Source: Saprospiraceae bacterium
GTDB lineage: Bacteria; Bacteroidota; Bacteroidia; Chitinophagales; Saprospiraceae
Direction: 5' to 3'
Length of the DNA stretch: 64,000 nucleotides
NCBI GenBank assembly: GCA_013001595.1
Contig: JABDMH010000075.1
Location: forward strand, 12,193 to 76,192
Shown here: in pieces, positions 20,016 to 28,801 of the stretch
Position numbering within the stretch: position 1 is the first letter of the stretch
Layout of the letters: each line of letters begins with the position of its first letter
Made by a program: the position numbers and the translations under genes
Notes under the pieces: model-generated
What the model saw: only the letters and a program-made list of their open reading frames with translations
Database searches by the model: none
What the model was told of the DNA's origin: nothing

Positions 20016-20197
20016 TTTGACAGTAGTTCGGGGCTATTGAGATGTATCTCTTTCCATGATAGAAAAGAGTTGATATACCACAATCAAGGCAATAACCAAC
20101 AGTAGTTAAAAACCATATTTTTTGAAAAAGCGTGAATAACAAAAGAATGTTTCGGCTTACCGTTTGAAATTAAATACTAGTCATATTAAGATGCTAA

Positions 20198-21028
20198 ATG
20201 AAAGCATCTAAAACCCAGACTGAAGGGCAATATCATCGAACTGGCCTATTTGAAGAAATAATCAGTCGTTTAAAAGATTTGAATATCGATTTGTCCAACG
20301 TAAAAAGAGATGACATTGCAGGAGTTGATGAATTTCATGTTAGAGGTGCCCAAGTTTCCAAAGAACTTGCTGAGTCAATTGATATCAGTAATTCCAAACT
20401 ACTAGATGTAGGTTGTGGAATTGGCGGACCTAGCAGAATGCTAGCTGACGAATATGGCTGCGAGGTTACTGGTGTTGATCTAAGTAGAGAATTCATTCGA
20501 ACAGCAACTAAGTTGTCAGAATTAGTTGGTTTTTCAGCTTCGACTTCATTTGTATGTGGCGATGCTACGGAACTGCCCTTTAAGGATCAGGCCTTTGATG
20601 TGGTGTGGACACAACATGTTCAGATGAACGTCTCCGACAAGCTGAAATTTTACGCCGAAATCGAGCGAGTTCTTGCCGATTAAGGAATTTTCCTTTACTA
20701 TGACATCTTTAAGAAAGGCGATGAAGAAGTAAACTACCCGCTACCCTGGGCAGACAAACCCAATATCAGCTTTCTTGTGTATGCAGGGGAAATTGAGAAA
20801 TTGCTTCAATCGCTAAATTTTACAAAGATCCAGCTTAAAGATGAAACAAACAGAGGCATTGCCTTCTTTGAAAATTTTGTGGAAAGTATTGAAAAGTTTG
20901 GTGCTCCAGCTCTTGGATTGAATGTTTTAATTGGAGTATCAACAAGAACCAAAATCATCAATTTGCTCAATGGTCTAAAGGAAGGTAAAATAATGTTACG
21001 GAGTGGCGTCTATAGAAAAAACCTATAA
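20198..21028 (+). pseudogene. Class I SAM-dependent methyltransferase interrupted by an in-frame TAA
   Basis: ORFs 20198-20683 (LLDVGCGIGGPSRMLA...) and 20777-21028 are in the same frame. Reading through the TAA at 20681-20683 gives ...IERVLAD*GIFLYYDIFKKGDEEVNYPLPW... with no other stop. Confidence 0.7.
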
Positions 21029-21508
21029 TCGAGTAGGGCGAGTTAGCATAACCGGACCATCTTAATTCTGTGGGCAAAGGTAAAGGGGTCAAAGACGACT
21101 ACTGAAGCAGTAGCTTTCAGAAGGCTAACTATCGAGACAAACTCCTTCGACAGCCTAGTCTGACTGTGAGAAATCAAGTCATCGGAGAACCTAAAGAATG
21201 ATACTATCTGGCACTTCTATAACTTATCGAAATTTGAGGTCAAGCTTTATGATCTACATAAGACAACCAGAAAAAAGGGCTTAAGAGATAGCCTAAAAAG
21301 CCGTGTTATGCATATTTTAGGGCTTAATCCGCTTGTGGGGCATCACTGCACAAACATTTAATCTAGCAGATCATGACCACCAAGCTCTCATGGCGGCATA
21401 AAGACCTACTAAAATTCGGCTAGTTTCTCGCCAATCAAGGTATAGAGCACAGCAAACTGAACCATGAAATCATTTGGAAACATACATGTGCATAACAAAT
21501 AGTAGTAG

Positions 21509-22069
21509 ATGATTGTATCTAAAAAGAGACTCATAGGTTGGATCCTGTTTGTGTTTTGTATCCTGCTGATTCCCTACGTATCCATGATTTTTACGGATCA
21601 AATAAACTGGAAATTATCTGATTTCCTAGTTATGGGAATAGCCCTAGCAGGAATAGGAATATTCTATGAACTCATCGTAAGACAAACGAAAGAGGTCACC
21701 TATAGAACTGCATTTATGATTGGCCTCTTGGGAGCCTTTTTACTTTTTTGGGTAAACAGTGCCGTGGGCATTATTGGTAGCGAGAACCAAGATGCCAATC
21801 TTTTATATAGTGCTGTATTCGTAGTAGGATTGGTAGGTGCCCTAGCATCCCGTTTTGAGGCGAAAGGGATGTCCATAACCTTAATGGTAGCTTCCATTGT
21901 ACAAATGACGGTGCCAATGATGGCATTGATTATTTGGCCCCCTTCAAGAATATCATGGACACCAAGTGTGATCGGTGTTTTTCTCTTAAGCGGATTCTTT
22001 GCACTACTGTTCTATTTATCAAGTATGTTGTTTAGACGCGCTGCCAATAATGAAATGAATTTGAACTGA
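21509..22069 (+). CDS. Hypothetical integral membrane protein (about 5 TM segments)
   Basis: 186-aa ORF dominated by hydrophobic helices. No family recognised. Confidence 0.6.
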   Translation: MIVSKKRLIGWILFVFCILLIPYVSMIFTDQINWKLSDFLVMGIALAGIGIFYELIVRQTKEVTYRTAFMIGLLGAFLLFWVNSAVGIIGSENQDANLLYSAVFVVGLVGALASRFEAKGMSITLMVASIVQMTVPMMALIIWPPSRISWTPSVIGVFLLSGFFALLFYLSSMLFRRAANNEMNLN

Positions 22070-22128
22070 ACACTTTTCGTGAATAAAAAGCATCAGCACT
22101 AAATTTGATAAACAAAAAAATCAGGCAT

Positions 22129-22671
22129 ATGAGATATCTAAAATACATCTTGGGAATTTTAGCCCTCCTAGTTGTCGGGTTTTTTCTTATTGGGCTTATC
22201 AAACCTCAAATATCATATGAATGCGAAGTAATGGTAGATAAACCAATAGCTGAATGTTGGGCAGTCAGCCAGGACGAAGAAAAAATGTCAGCTTGGATAG
22301 ATGGATTTCAAAAAATCGAGCATGTGAGTGGTACTCCTGGTACCATAGGCGCAGTATCAGATGTTTATTTCATTGCCGATGGACAGGCAATGACTATCCG
22401 AGAGACCATTACCGATATTGTGCCAGATGAATCTGTTTCCATGTCTTTTACTTCAGACTTCATGATTATGGATTATTATTTAGCTATGACATCGACAGAT
22501 GGAAAAACGAAGATTAGTTCCAGTACCATCGCCAAAGGAAGTAGTCTGCTTTCGAAGTCCTTAATGGCCTTAATGGGTAGTTCCATCAAAGCTCAGGAGG
22601 ACACAAATCTTAGCAATCTGCAGCATACAATTGAGAAAAATTCAAAAAACTATTTTCCTACTGCCAACTAG
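22129..22671 (+). CDS. SRPBCC family protein with N-terminal membrane anchor
   Basis: MRYLKYILGILALLVVGFFLIGLI anchor followed by a polyketide-cyclase/START-like core (VMVDKPIAECWAVSQDEEKMSAWIDGF...). ATG at 22129 is preferred over TTG at 22105. Confidence 0.65.
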   Translation: MRYLKYILGILALLVVGFFLIGLIKPQISYECEVMVDKPIAECWAVSQDEEKMSAWIDGFQKIEHVSGTPGTIGAVSDVYFIADGQAMTIRETITDIVPDESVSMSFTSDFMIMDYYLAMTSTDGKTKISSSTIAKGSSLLSKSLMALMGSSIKAQEDTNLSNLQHTIEKNSKNYFPTAN

Positions 22672-22712
22672 CACTCTCTCAGGGGCTTGGCATCGTCAAA
22701 AATTGAATAGTT

Positions 22713-23078
22713 ATGATAAAAGGTGTACATACCATGTTCTACAGCTCTGAACCAACCGAACTAAGGGCTTTTTTACGGGACAAACTTGGATTCAAGGCAA
22801 CGGACATTGGTGACGGCTGGCTGATTTTCAATTTTTCAGAAGGTGATATGGGTGTACATCCTGCAGACGAAAGTGGGAAAGAAGGATCACCTGCTGGAGT
22901 TCATGATATTTCATTTTATTGCGAGGATATCGAACAAACAGTGTCTGAATTAAAAGCTAATGGTGTTGAATTCAAGGGGGAAATTGAAGACCACGGCTAT
23001 GGCTATGTGACCTTTTTCAAGGTGCCCGGAAATTTCTATTTACAACTCTACCAGCCCAAATACAATCACACATATTAG
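22713..23078 (+). CDS. VOC (glyoxalase/bleomycin-resistance) family protein
   Basis: 121 aa. The sequence MFYSSEPTELRAFLRDKLGF...GVHPA...HDISFYCEDIEQTVSELKANGVEF...YGYVTFFKVPGN is the typical paired beta-alpha-beta-beta-beta pattern. Confidence 0.75.
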   Translation: MIKGVHTMFYSSEPTELRAFLRDKLGFKATDIGDGWLIFNFSEGDMGVHPADESGKEGSPAGVHDISFYCEDIEQTVSELKANGVEFKGEIEDHGYGYVTFFKVPGNFYLQLYQPKYNHTY

Positions 23079-23107
23079 TTTCATGGCTCGCTGGGACATA
23101 TATCTTG

Positions 23108-24067
23108 ATGATGAACAATAAGAGTAAAATTGGTCTTGGAATGGCTGCCATAGGTCGACCCTCATACATCAACATAAGAGCGACAAAGCCTTCTGAATTT
23201 GATCTAGCAACCTTTCGACACAAGGGGATTGACTTGCTCGATAATGCATATGATCATGGAGTTCGCTATTACGATACTGCACCGGGCTATGGCATTGCAG
23301 AGCAAATGCTTGCGGACTGGATAATCAAAAAGAATGATTCCAGCATCGAGGTAGCAACCAAGTGGGGTTATACCTACGTTGCCAATTTTGACCCCAATGC
23401 AACACAGCATGAGGTAAAGGAACATTCTTTGAAAAAACTGGATGAGCAGTGGGAGAAATCGAAAACCATGTTGCCGCGATTGACAACTTACCAAATACAC
23501 TCTGCAACATTCGAGACAGGCGTATTGGAAAATGAAGCTATTCTCCATCGCTTGGCTGAATTAAGAAATGACCACAATTTGCTGATGGGCATCACCACTA
23601 CTGGTGCCAATCAGATGGTGGTACTGAGGAATGCCCTGGACATCCAGATTGATGGCAGAGAATTGTTTGATGTGTTTCAGGTGACCTATAACATTTTCGA
23701 CCAAAGCCTTGCCTCACTAGCTAATGAGGTTTCATCTCAAGGCAAGCGATTGGTCATCAAAGAGGCATTGGCAAACGGCCGAGTTTTTCCCAATAAGGAA
23801 TATCCGAACTATTCCTCGGCATACTCCCTTCTGATCCAGTTGGCTGCAAAATATAGTGTTGGCATTGATGCAATTGCCCTAAGGTTTTGCATGGATAGTA
23901 TTCCTGTCTTTAAAGTGTTAAGTGGTGCTGATGTTGCACACCATTTAGCTGACAATCTAAGAGCGAATGATTTTCAATTAGAAAACGAAGACATTGAGTC
24001 CATGCGAAAATTGGCTGTAAAACCAGATCAGTATTGGGACGAAAGAAAGAAATTGGATTGGAATTGA
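23108..24067 (+). CDS. Aldo/keto reductase
   Basis: IGLGMAAIGRP..., GVRYYDTAPGYG, YQIHS and a C-terminal LSGA segment are AKR hallmarks. ATG at 23108. Confidence 0.8.
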   Translation: MMNNKSKIGLGMAAIGRPSYINIRATKPSEFDLATFRHKGIDLLDNAYDHGVRYYDTAPGYGIAEQMLADWIIKKNDSSIEVATKWGYTYVANFDPNATQHEVKEHSLKKLDEQWEKSKTMLPRLTTYQIHSATFETGVLENEAILHRLAELRNDHNLLMGITTTGANQMVVLRNALDIQIDGRELFDVFQVTYNIFDQSLASLANEVSSQGKRLVIKEALANGRVFPNKEYPNYSSAYSLLIQLAAKYSVGIDAIALRFCMDSIPVFKVLSGADVAHHLADNLRANDFQLENEDIESMRKLAVKPDQYWDERKKLDWN

Positions 24068-24153
24068 TGCAAAAATTGAACATTCAAAATCTCCTATCCA
24101 TAAAACTATTGATTAATCTGCATCTGGGGATTTGCGTAATAAAGAGCACGTAA

Positions 24154-24987
24154 GTGGACAGTAAAATAGCTAATACACAACATGGAGAAATCGAGTACTG
24201 CGCTATTGGAAAGGGTACGCCCATAATTTTTATTCACGGTAGTCACTCGAATTGCTACGAAACACTTGCCCACAAAGGATTTGATCTGGAAAGATTTCTG
24301 CTCATCACTCCTTCAAGACCGGGTTAGGGCAAGACACCCTTGAAAGACAACACTTCACCAAAAAAAGCCGCAGCACTAATAGCAGCGCTCTTGGTGTATT
24401 TAACCAAAGATAGCGCCATCGTATATGGAATTTCTGCAGGCGGACTGACGGCAATTGAATTTGCGGCGCAATTTCCTGACAAAATAGAAAAACTAGTGCT
24501 GGCTTCAGCCATTTCAAAAAAAGGGCTTGATGAAAATGAAAAGATTAATAAAACGGCACAGATCGTGTTCCACCCAAATGCAGAAAGATTTACCTGGGGA
24601 ATGGTCAGACTCTTTTCAAAATTCTTTCCGAAACTAATCGCAAAAAGCTTCTATCCTCAATTTTCAACCAAACCAAGCCATGAATTAAAGCAAAAAGACA
24701 GCGATGAACTAGTTCTCGCTCTAAATAAATATCATTCCAAAAAAAGATTTCTGAATGACATTGACCAAAGTATCAGTAGTGATACCATTGCAAAAATTAA
24801 ATGTCCATGCCTCATAGTCCATAGTGGAAATGACAACAGTGTTTCGTTTATGCACGCACTGCATGCAAAAGATATGATTGAACATTCAACACTTACTGAG
24901 TTGGACAACGCATGGGGACATCTTTTCTGGATTGGCAAAGATTCAATTCAGTCAATAAAGAAGACACTGGAATTTGTGCAAGACTAA
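24154..24987 (+). pseudogene. Alpha/beta hydrolase interrupted by an in-frame TAG
   Basis: The frame of ORF 24340-24987 (nucleophile elbow GISAGG; later SGNDNSV and WGHLFW) extends upstream to GTG 24154: VDSKIANTQHGEIEYCAIGKGTPIIFIHGSHSN...LITPSRPG*GKTPL. The TAG at 24325-24327 sits where this family normally has Tyr (PGYG). Confidence 0.7.
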
Positions 24988-25266
24988 GTCATCTTTATAT
25001 ATGATCAACTAAGGCAAGAAAGCACTCACTCACAAGTCTATTGATATTGCAATTAATACACATATACGCTGATCAGGATGGCATGGCTGGTAATAATCTT
25101 GGAACTTTGCACCACAGGCTGACCGCTCCAAGTGTGAAGAATGAGCAACTTTGGTAAGCATCCAACTATCCATTCTTCCATACTGGTTCTCTCTTCCCTA
25201 CAAACTTTGAAAATGAAAGCTATAAAAATCAACTTTTTGATATCTTCCAGCAAAACTATCCTACAT

Positions 25267-26613
25267 ATGAAGAAAAGCGTTGCCCCTGGTTGGAAGTCAT
25301 GGATATTCTTGTCTCTTGCCCTATTCATTGTTTTACCCAACACCTCTTACGCACAAGATGAAGAGCTGCTAAACCTAAATAAGCCTGAAAGAGAGCAATG
25401 GTTTACGGACCTTGGATTTGGCATGTTCATCCATTGGAGTATGGATGTCCAATTGGGAATGGTCATAAGCCATAGCATGGTTGGTGCATCTGATGCATAT
25501 CTAGATAGATATATCCATGAACTGCCCAAAACCTTTAACCCTATACACTTCGATGCAAAGGAATGGGTTAACGCTGCCAAGCTTGCGGGAATGAAATACG
25601 TTGTTTTCACCGCCAAGCACCATAATGGCTATTGCATGTACAATACTCAAACCACCGATTTTGGCATTATGTATAGCCCCTATGGAAAAGATGTTACGAA
25701 GATGCTTATTGATGCCTGTCGCGAAGCTGGTCTGGCCGTAGGTCTATACTTCTCACCCGATGATTTCTATTTTCTTCACAAACAGGGGACACTCATTTCT
25801 AGGGTGCGAAAGGAAGCTGTTGCCAGTGGCAATCCAGCGCTAAATGCATATGTCAAGGAGCAAGTGAAAGAACTCATGAAACAATATGGTAAGATCGATA
25901 TTGTGTTTCTGGATGGCATGGAGCAATATGCCAAGACAGAATTGGCAAAATTGTGTTGGGAGATAAATCCTGATGCGGTGGTCACTCGAGGTGCCATCCA
26001 AACCCCTGAGCAGGAAACACCGCATAGTCCGATCCCATCACCTTGGGAAGCATGTTATACTTTTGGAGAGCAGTGGCAATATCGACCCACCAACGAACAT
26101 TATAAGACCGCCAAAGATGCCATTCTTAAACTGATAGAAATAAGGGCAAAAGGAGGCAACTTGCTGCTCAACTTTGGACCAGATGCCTTGGGCAATTTTC
26201 CACCGGAACAGTTAGGAGTGCTAAATGAGATTTCTTTGTGGATGTTTATTAACAAGGAGGCATTTGATCAGACCATACCTCATCACCTCATTAAGGAAGA
26301 TGACATCTGGTTTCTCACATCGAAGGATAAACGAACCGCATATCTTTTTATCAATGGGGACAACTGGAAGCATGGCGAACGTAAAGCATACAGCATCAAA
26401 TCATTCAAAGCCACCGATGAAAGTCAAATTTCCGTATTGGGACACAATGGAATCGTACTCGAATATCAAAAAGATGTCAATCCTGCTCCTGATATTGCAC
26501 AAACAAAGGAAGAAATGAGGATATCAGTTACTAGGTCTCAGAGAATTTACAACGACCGAAAATGGAACAACCCCATTGTTGTCAAGATAACGGATGTGGT
26601 GAGTAGTCAATAG
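25267..26613 (+). CDS. Alpha-L-fucosidase (GH29)
   Basis: Signal peptide, then WFTDLGFGMFIHWSMD and KYVVFTAKHHNGYCMYNT, which are typical GH29 blocks. ATG at 25267 (MKKSVAPGW). Confidence 0.85.
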   Translation: MKKSVAPGWKSWIFLSLALFIVLPNTSYAQDEELLNLNKPEREQWFTDLGFGMFIHWSMDVQLGMVISHSMVGASDAYLDRYIHELPKTFNPIHFDAKEWVNAAKLAGMKYVVFTAKHHNGYCMYNTQTTDFGIMYSPYGKDVTKMLIDACREAGLAVGLYFSPDDFYFLHKQGTLISRVRKEAVASGNPALNAYVKEQVKELMKQYGKIDIVFLDGMEQYAKTELAKLCWEINPDAVVTRGAIQTPEQETPHSPIPSPWEACYTFGEQWQYRPTNEHYKTAKDAILKLIEIRAKGGNLLLNFGPDALGNFPPEQLGVLNEISLWMFINKEAFDQTIPHHLIKEDDIWFLTSKDKRTAYLFINGDNWKHGERKAYSIKSFKATDESQISVLGHNGIVLEYQKDVNPAPDIAQTKEEMRISVTRSQRIYNDRKWNNPIVVKITDVVSSQ

Positions 26614-26715
26614 AAGGCTTCAGAAAGTTATGTGTGCACAAATCAAACGAAAACTTGATTGCTGGCCTAAAATCACACTACTAGATTCTGGGAATGGATC
26701 AGAAAATCGGACATA

Positions 26716-27400
26716 ATGGGACTAGCAAAGTCAAATAAGCAGGCATCAAATGGGAGTAAGATCTTTTTTGGCAAGACAGGCAAGTAATCCTCCGGTTGGT
26801 TTGGTAAAAATCTAGCGGGAAAAATACTAAATAAAGCAAATGCTTCGCTAGAGGACATGGGCTTAGAACTGATGAACATCCAGCCCGATGCTATTATTTT
26901 GGAAATTGGATTTGGAAACGGAAGGCTCATTTCAGCATTGGCGAAAAAATTAGATACGGGTAGGATAATTGGGATCGACATTTCCCAAGAAATGATATTG
27001 GAAGCAGAGAAGAAGAATGCTGCCTTCATACCTACTGGAAAAGTCGAACTCCATCATTCTTCGGTAGAAAAGATATCGATGGAAGATGATTATTTTGACA
27101 AGATAGTCACCGCAAACACCATCTATTTTTGGCCAGATCTTTCGAATAACATCAATGAAATATATCGAACGTTGAAGAGCGGAGGACAATTCTATTGTGC
27201 TTTGCGGCCAGAGGAAGAAATGAAGGACAATGGCATTGTGAAGACTAATCGGTCAATATTCAAGCATCTCTTTTCAACTCTCTTCAAAGGAGCGTATCCG
27301 AGTCTTTCTAGAGGAATCGGGATTTATGGACGTAGTAGTTCACGAACAAAGCGCCAAACCTTTCACCAATTTGGTCGCGATTGGCACCAATAAAAGATGA
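26716..27400 (+). pseudogene. Class I SAM-dependent methyltransferase with an in-frame TAA and a C-terminal frameshift
   Basis: ATG 26716 reads MGLAKSNKQASNGSKIFFGKTGK, then TAA (26785-26787), then SSGWFGKNLAGKILNKANASLEDMGLELMNIQPDAIILEIGFGNGRL... in the same frame. After ~27240-27272 the plausible C-terminus (..QLSSKERIRVFLEESGFMDVVVHEQSAKPFTNLVAIGTNKR*, stop 27398-27400) is in another frame. A T4 run at ~27269 is a candidate slip site. Confidence 0.7.
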
Positions 27401-27520
27401 GTAGGTTCAACACTGATTCATAGTGGAAGGCAACAAATATCTGAAAGCTACTTAAAAAAGGAGTCGTAGAACTGCTACTAACTCAATCGGGATGTAATGT
27501 CTAAAGCTGAAAACAAATAA

Positions 27521-28354
27521 ATGAAAATAGTTCATATCGCCTCACTGGCAATTTTCATCCTTTTCTGCACTAGCAAAATGAGTACTACTGGAGGTGAGAA
27601 CAGCTCAAGTAAACGTAAAATCGTAGTCCCAGAATTTCAAACAATTCTTGACACTGGAAGAGGACAAGTATTATTCCAATGACTTTGTCTGGGCTAAAAA
27701 CAGGAACTTACCGGCATCTACATTTAAGATCCCTCATTCCATTATAGCACTTGAAACCGGAATGGTGGAAAACGACAGTACGCTTTTAGAGTGGAATGGT
27801 GAGCAAAGAAGCCTTAAGATTTGGGAACAAGATCTGATATTTCGAGACGCCTTTCACTTTTCGTGTGTTCCTTGCTATCAGGAAGTCGCACGGAAAATCG
27901 GAGTGCATACAATGAATCAATATCTTGATATGCTTGAGTATAGAAATATGGATGTTGATACTTCCAATATTGATCTATTCTGGCTAGAGGGAGCATCTCG
28001 CATTAGTCAGTTTCAACAATAGATTTCTTAAAGAGGTTCCATCAATCCAAACTGCCTATTGCAGCACGAACAGAGGCCATCATGAGGAGAATGATGATTA
28101 TGGAGCACAGGGACAGCTACCAATTAAGTGGAAAGACAGGTTGGTCAATCCATGATGGGCATAACAATGGTTGGTTTGTCGGCTATGTCAAGACAAAACA
28201 CAAGACTTATTTTTTTGCCACGAACGTGGAGCCCAATCAACCATTTGATATGGATTTGTTTCCAAGGATTCGTAAAGATGTAACTTCTAGAGCGCTTGGG
28301 CATATGGAAATAATATCATCAGCGTGGGAAGCACGAGACTTGAAAAGCCCATAG
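27521..28354 (+). pseudogene. Class D (OXA-type) beta-lactamase, decayed (deletion/frameshift near the N-terminus and a 1-nt frameshift mid-gene)
   Basis: The gene is spread over three frames. The first is MKIVHIASLAIFILFCTSKM...VVPEFQTILD (from ATG 27521). The second is ..EEDKYYSNDFVWAKNRNLPASTFKIPHSIIALETG...FSCVPCY...FWLEGASRISQFQQ (STFK active site; YGN is altered to YRN). The third is DFLKRFHQSKLPIAARTEAIMRRMM...LSGKTGWS...NNGWFVGYV (KTG box). caacaatagattt at ~28015-28025 would read QQIDF with one extra A. Confidence 0.75.
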
Positions 28355-28801
28355 ATACAATATTGCTCAATACAGGTGTCCAGCAAGGATCCAGGTGCAT
28401 CTTCCCGTTGAGTTGACTACCATCTTGCAATAAAACAGTCTCTTTGGCGGGCTGATTAAATACGCAATTAGTTTTAGTCCAGTTGGAAATCATTTCAGCA
28501 GGGTCAACAGCGGTCATGAGCAGCACCTATTCGGGCGTAATGAGCCTTCTATCAAACAAATGAAGCACATCTTTTCCCGGCGAAGGAGGTATTGGCGTAA
28601 GACAGCAGACCTCACTAATACGGTCGAATATTCACCAAGAATAGGAACGAGTCAAAACAGCACCCCAATGCAACCTTAGGAACAAAGATATCAGAACCCC
28701 CCCAATTTTGGGGATATGAACCCTGTTCTTAAAAAGTCAAATTTGATGTAAGCGCACAGGAGGTATCTTCCTCCATCTCACTGTTTCCAATAATTGAAAT
28801 C

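Noticed and set aside
20681-26787. In-frame TAA/TAG codons as stop-codon reassignment, pyrrolysine or programmed readthrough
   Set aside because: Both TAA and TAG are involved, and both also terminate neighbouring well-formed genes at the expected ends. The lesions co-occur with frameshifts and a deletion in adjacent genes. No UGA/SECIS-type context is involved. Ordinary pseudogenisation is the simpler reading.
20198-28354. Pseudogene cluster as a mobile genomic island or prophage remnant
   Set aside because: I could recognise no integrase, transposase, tRNA boundary, direct-repeat flanks or phage genes in or around it.
28287-28526. 79-aa minus-strand ORF downstream of the beta-lactamase remnant
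   Set aside because: It overlaps the 3' end of the OXA-like pseudogene on the opposite strand, and no family is recognised. It may be another gene remnant, but I cannot support that.
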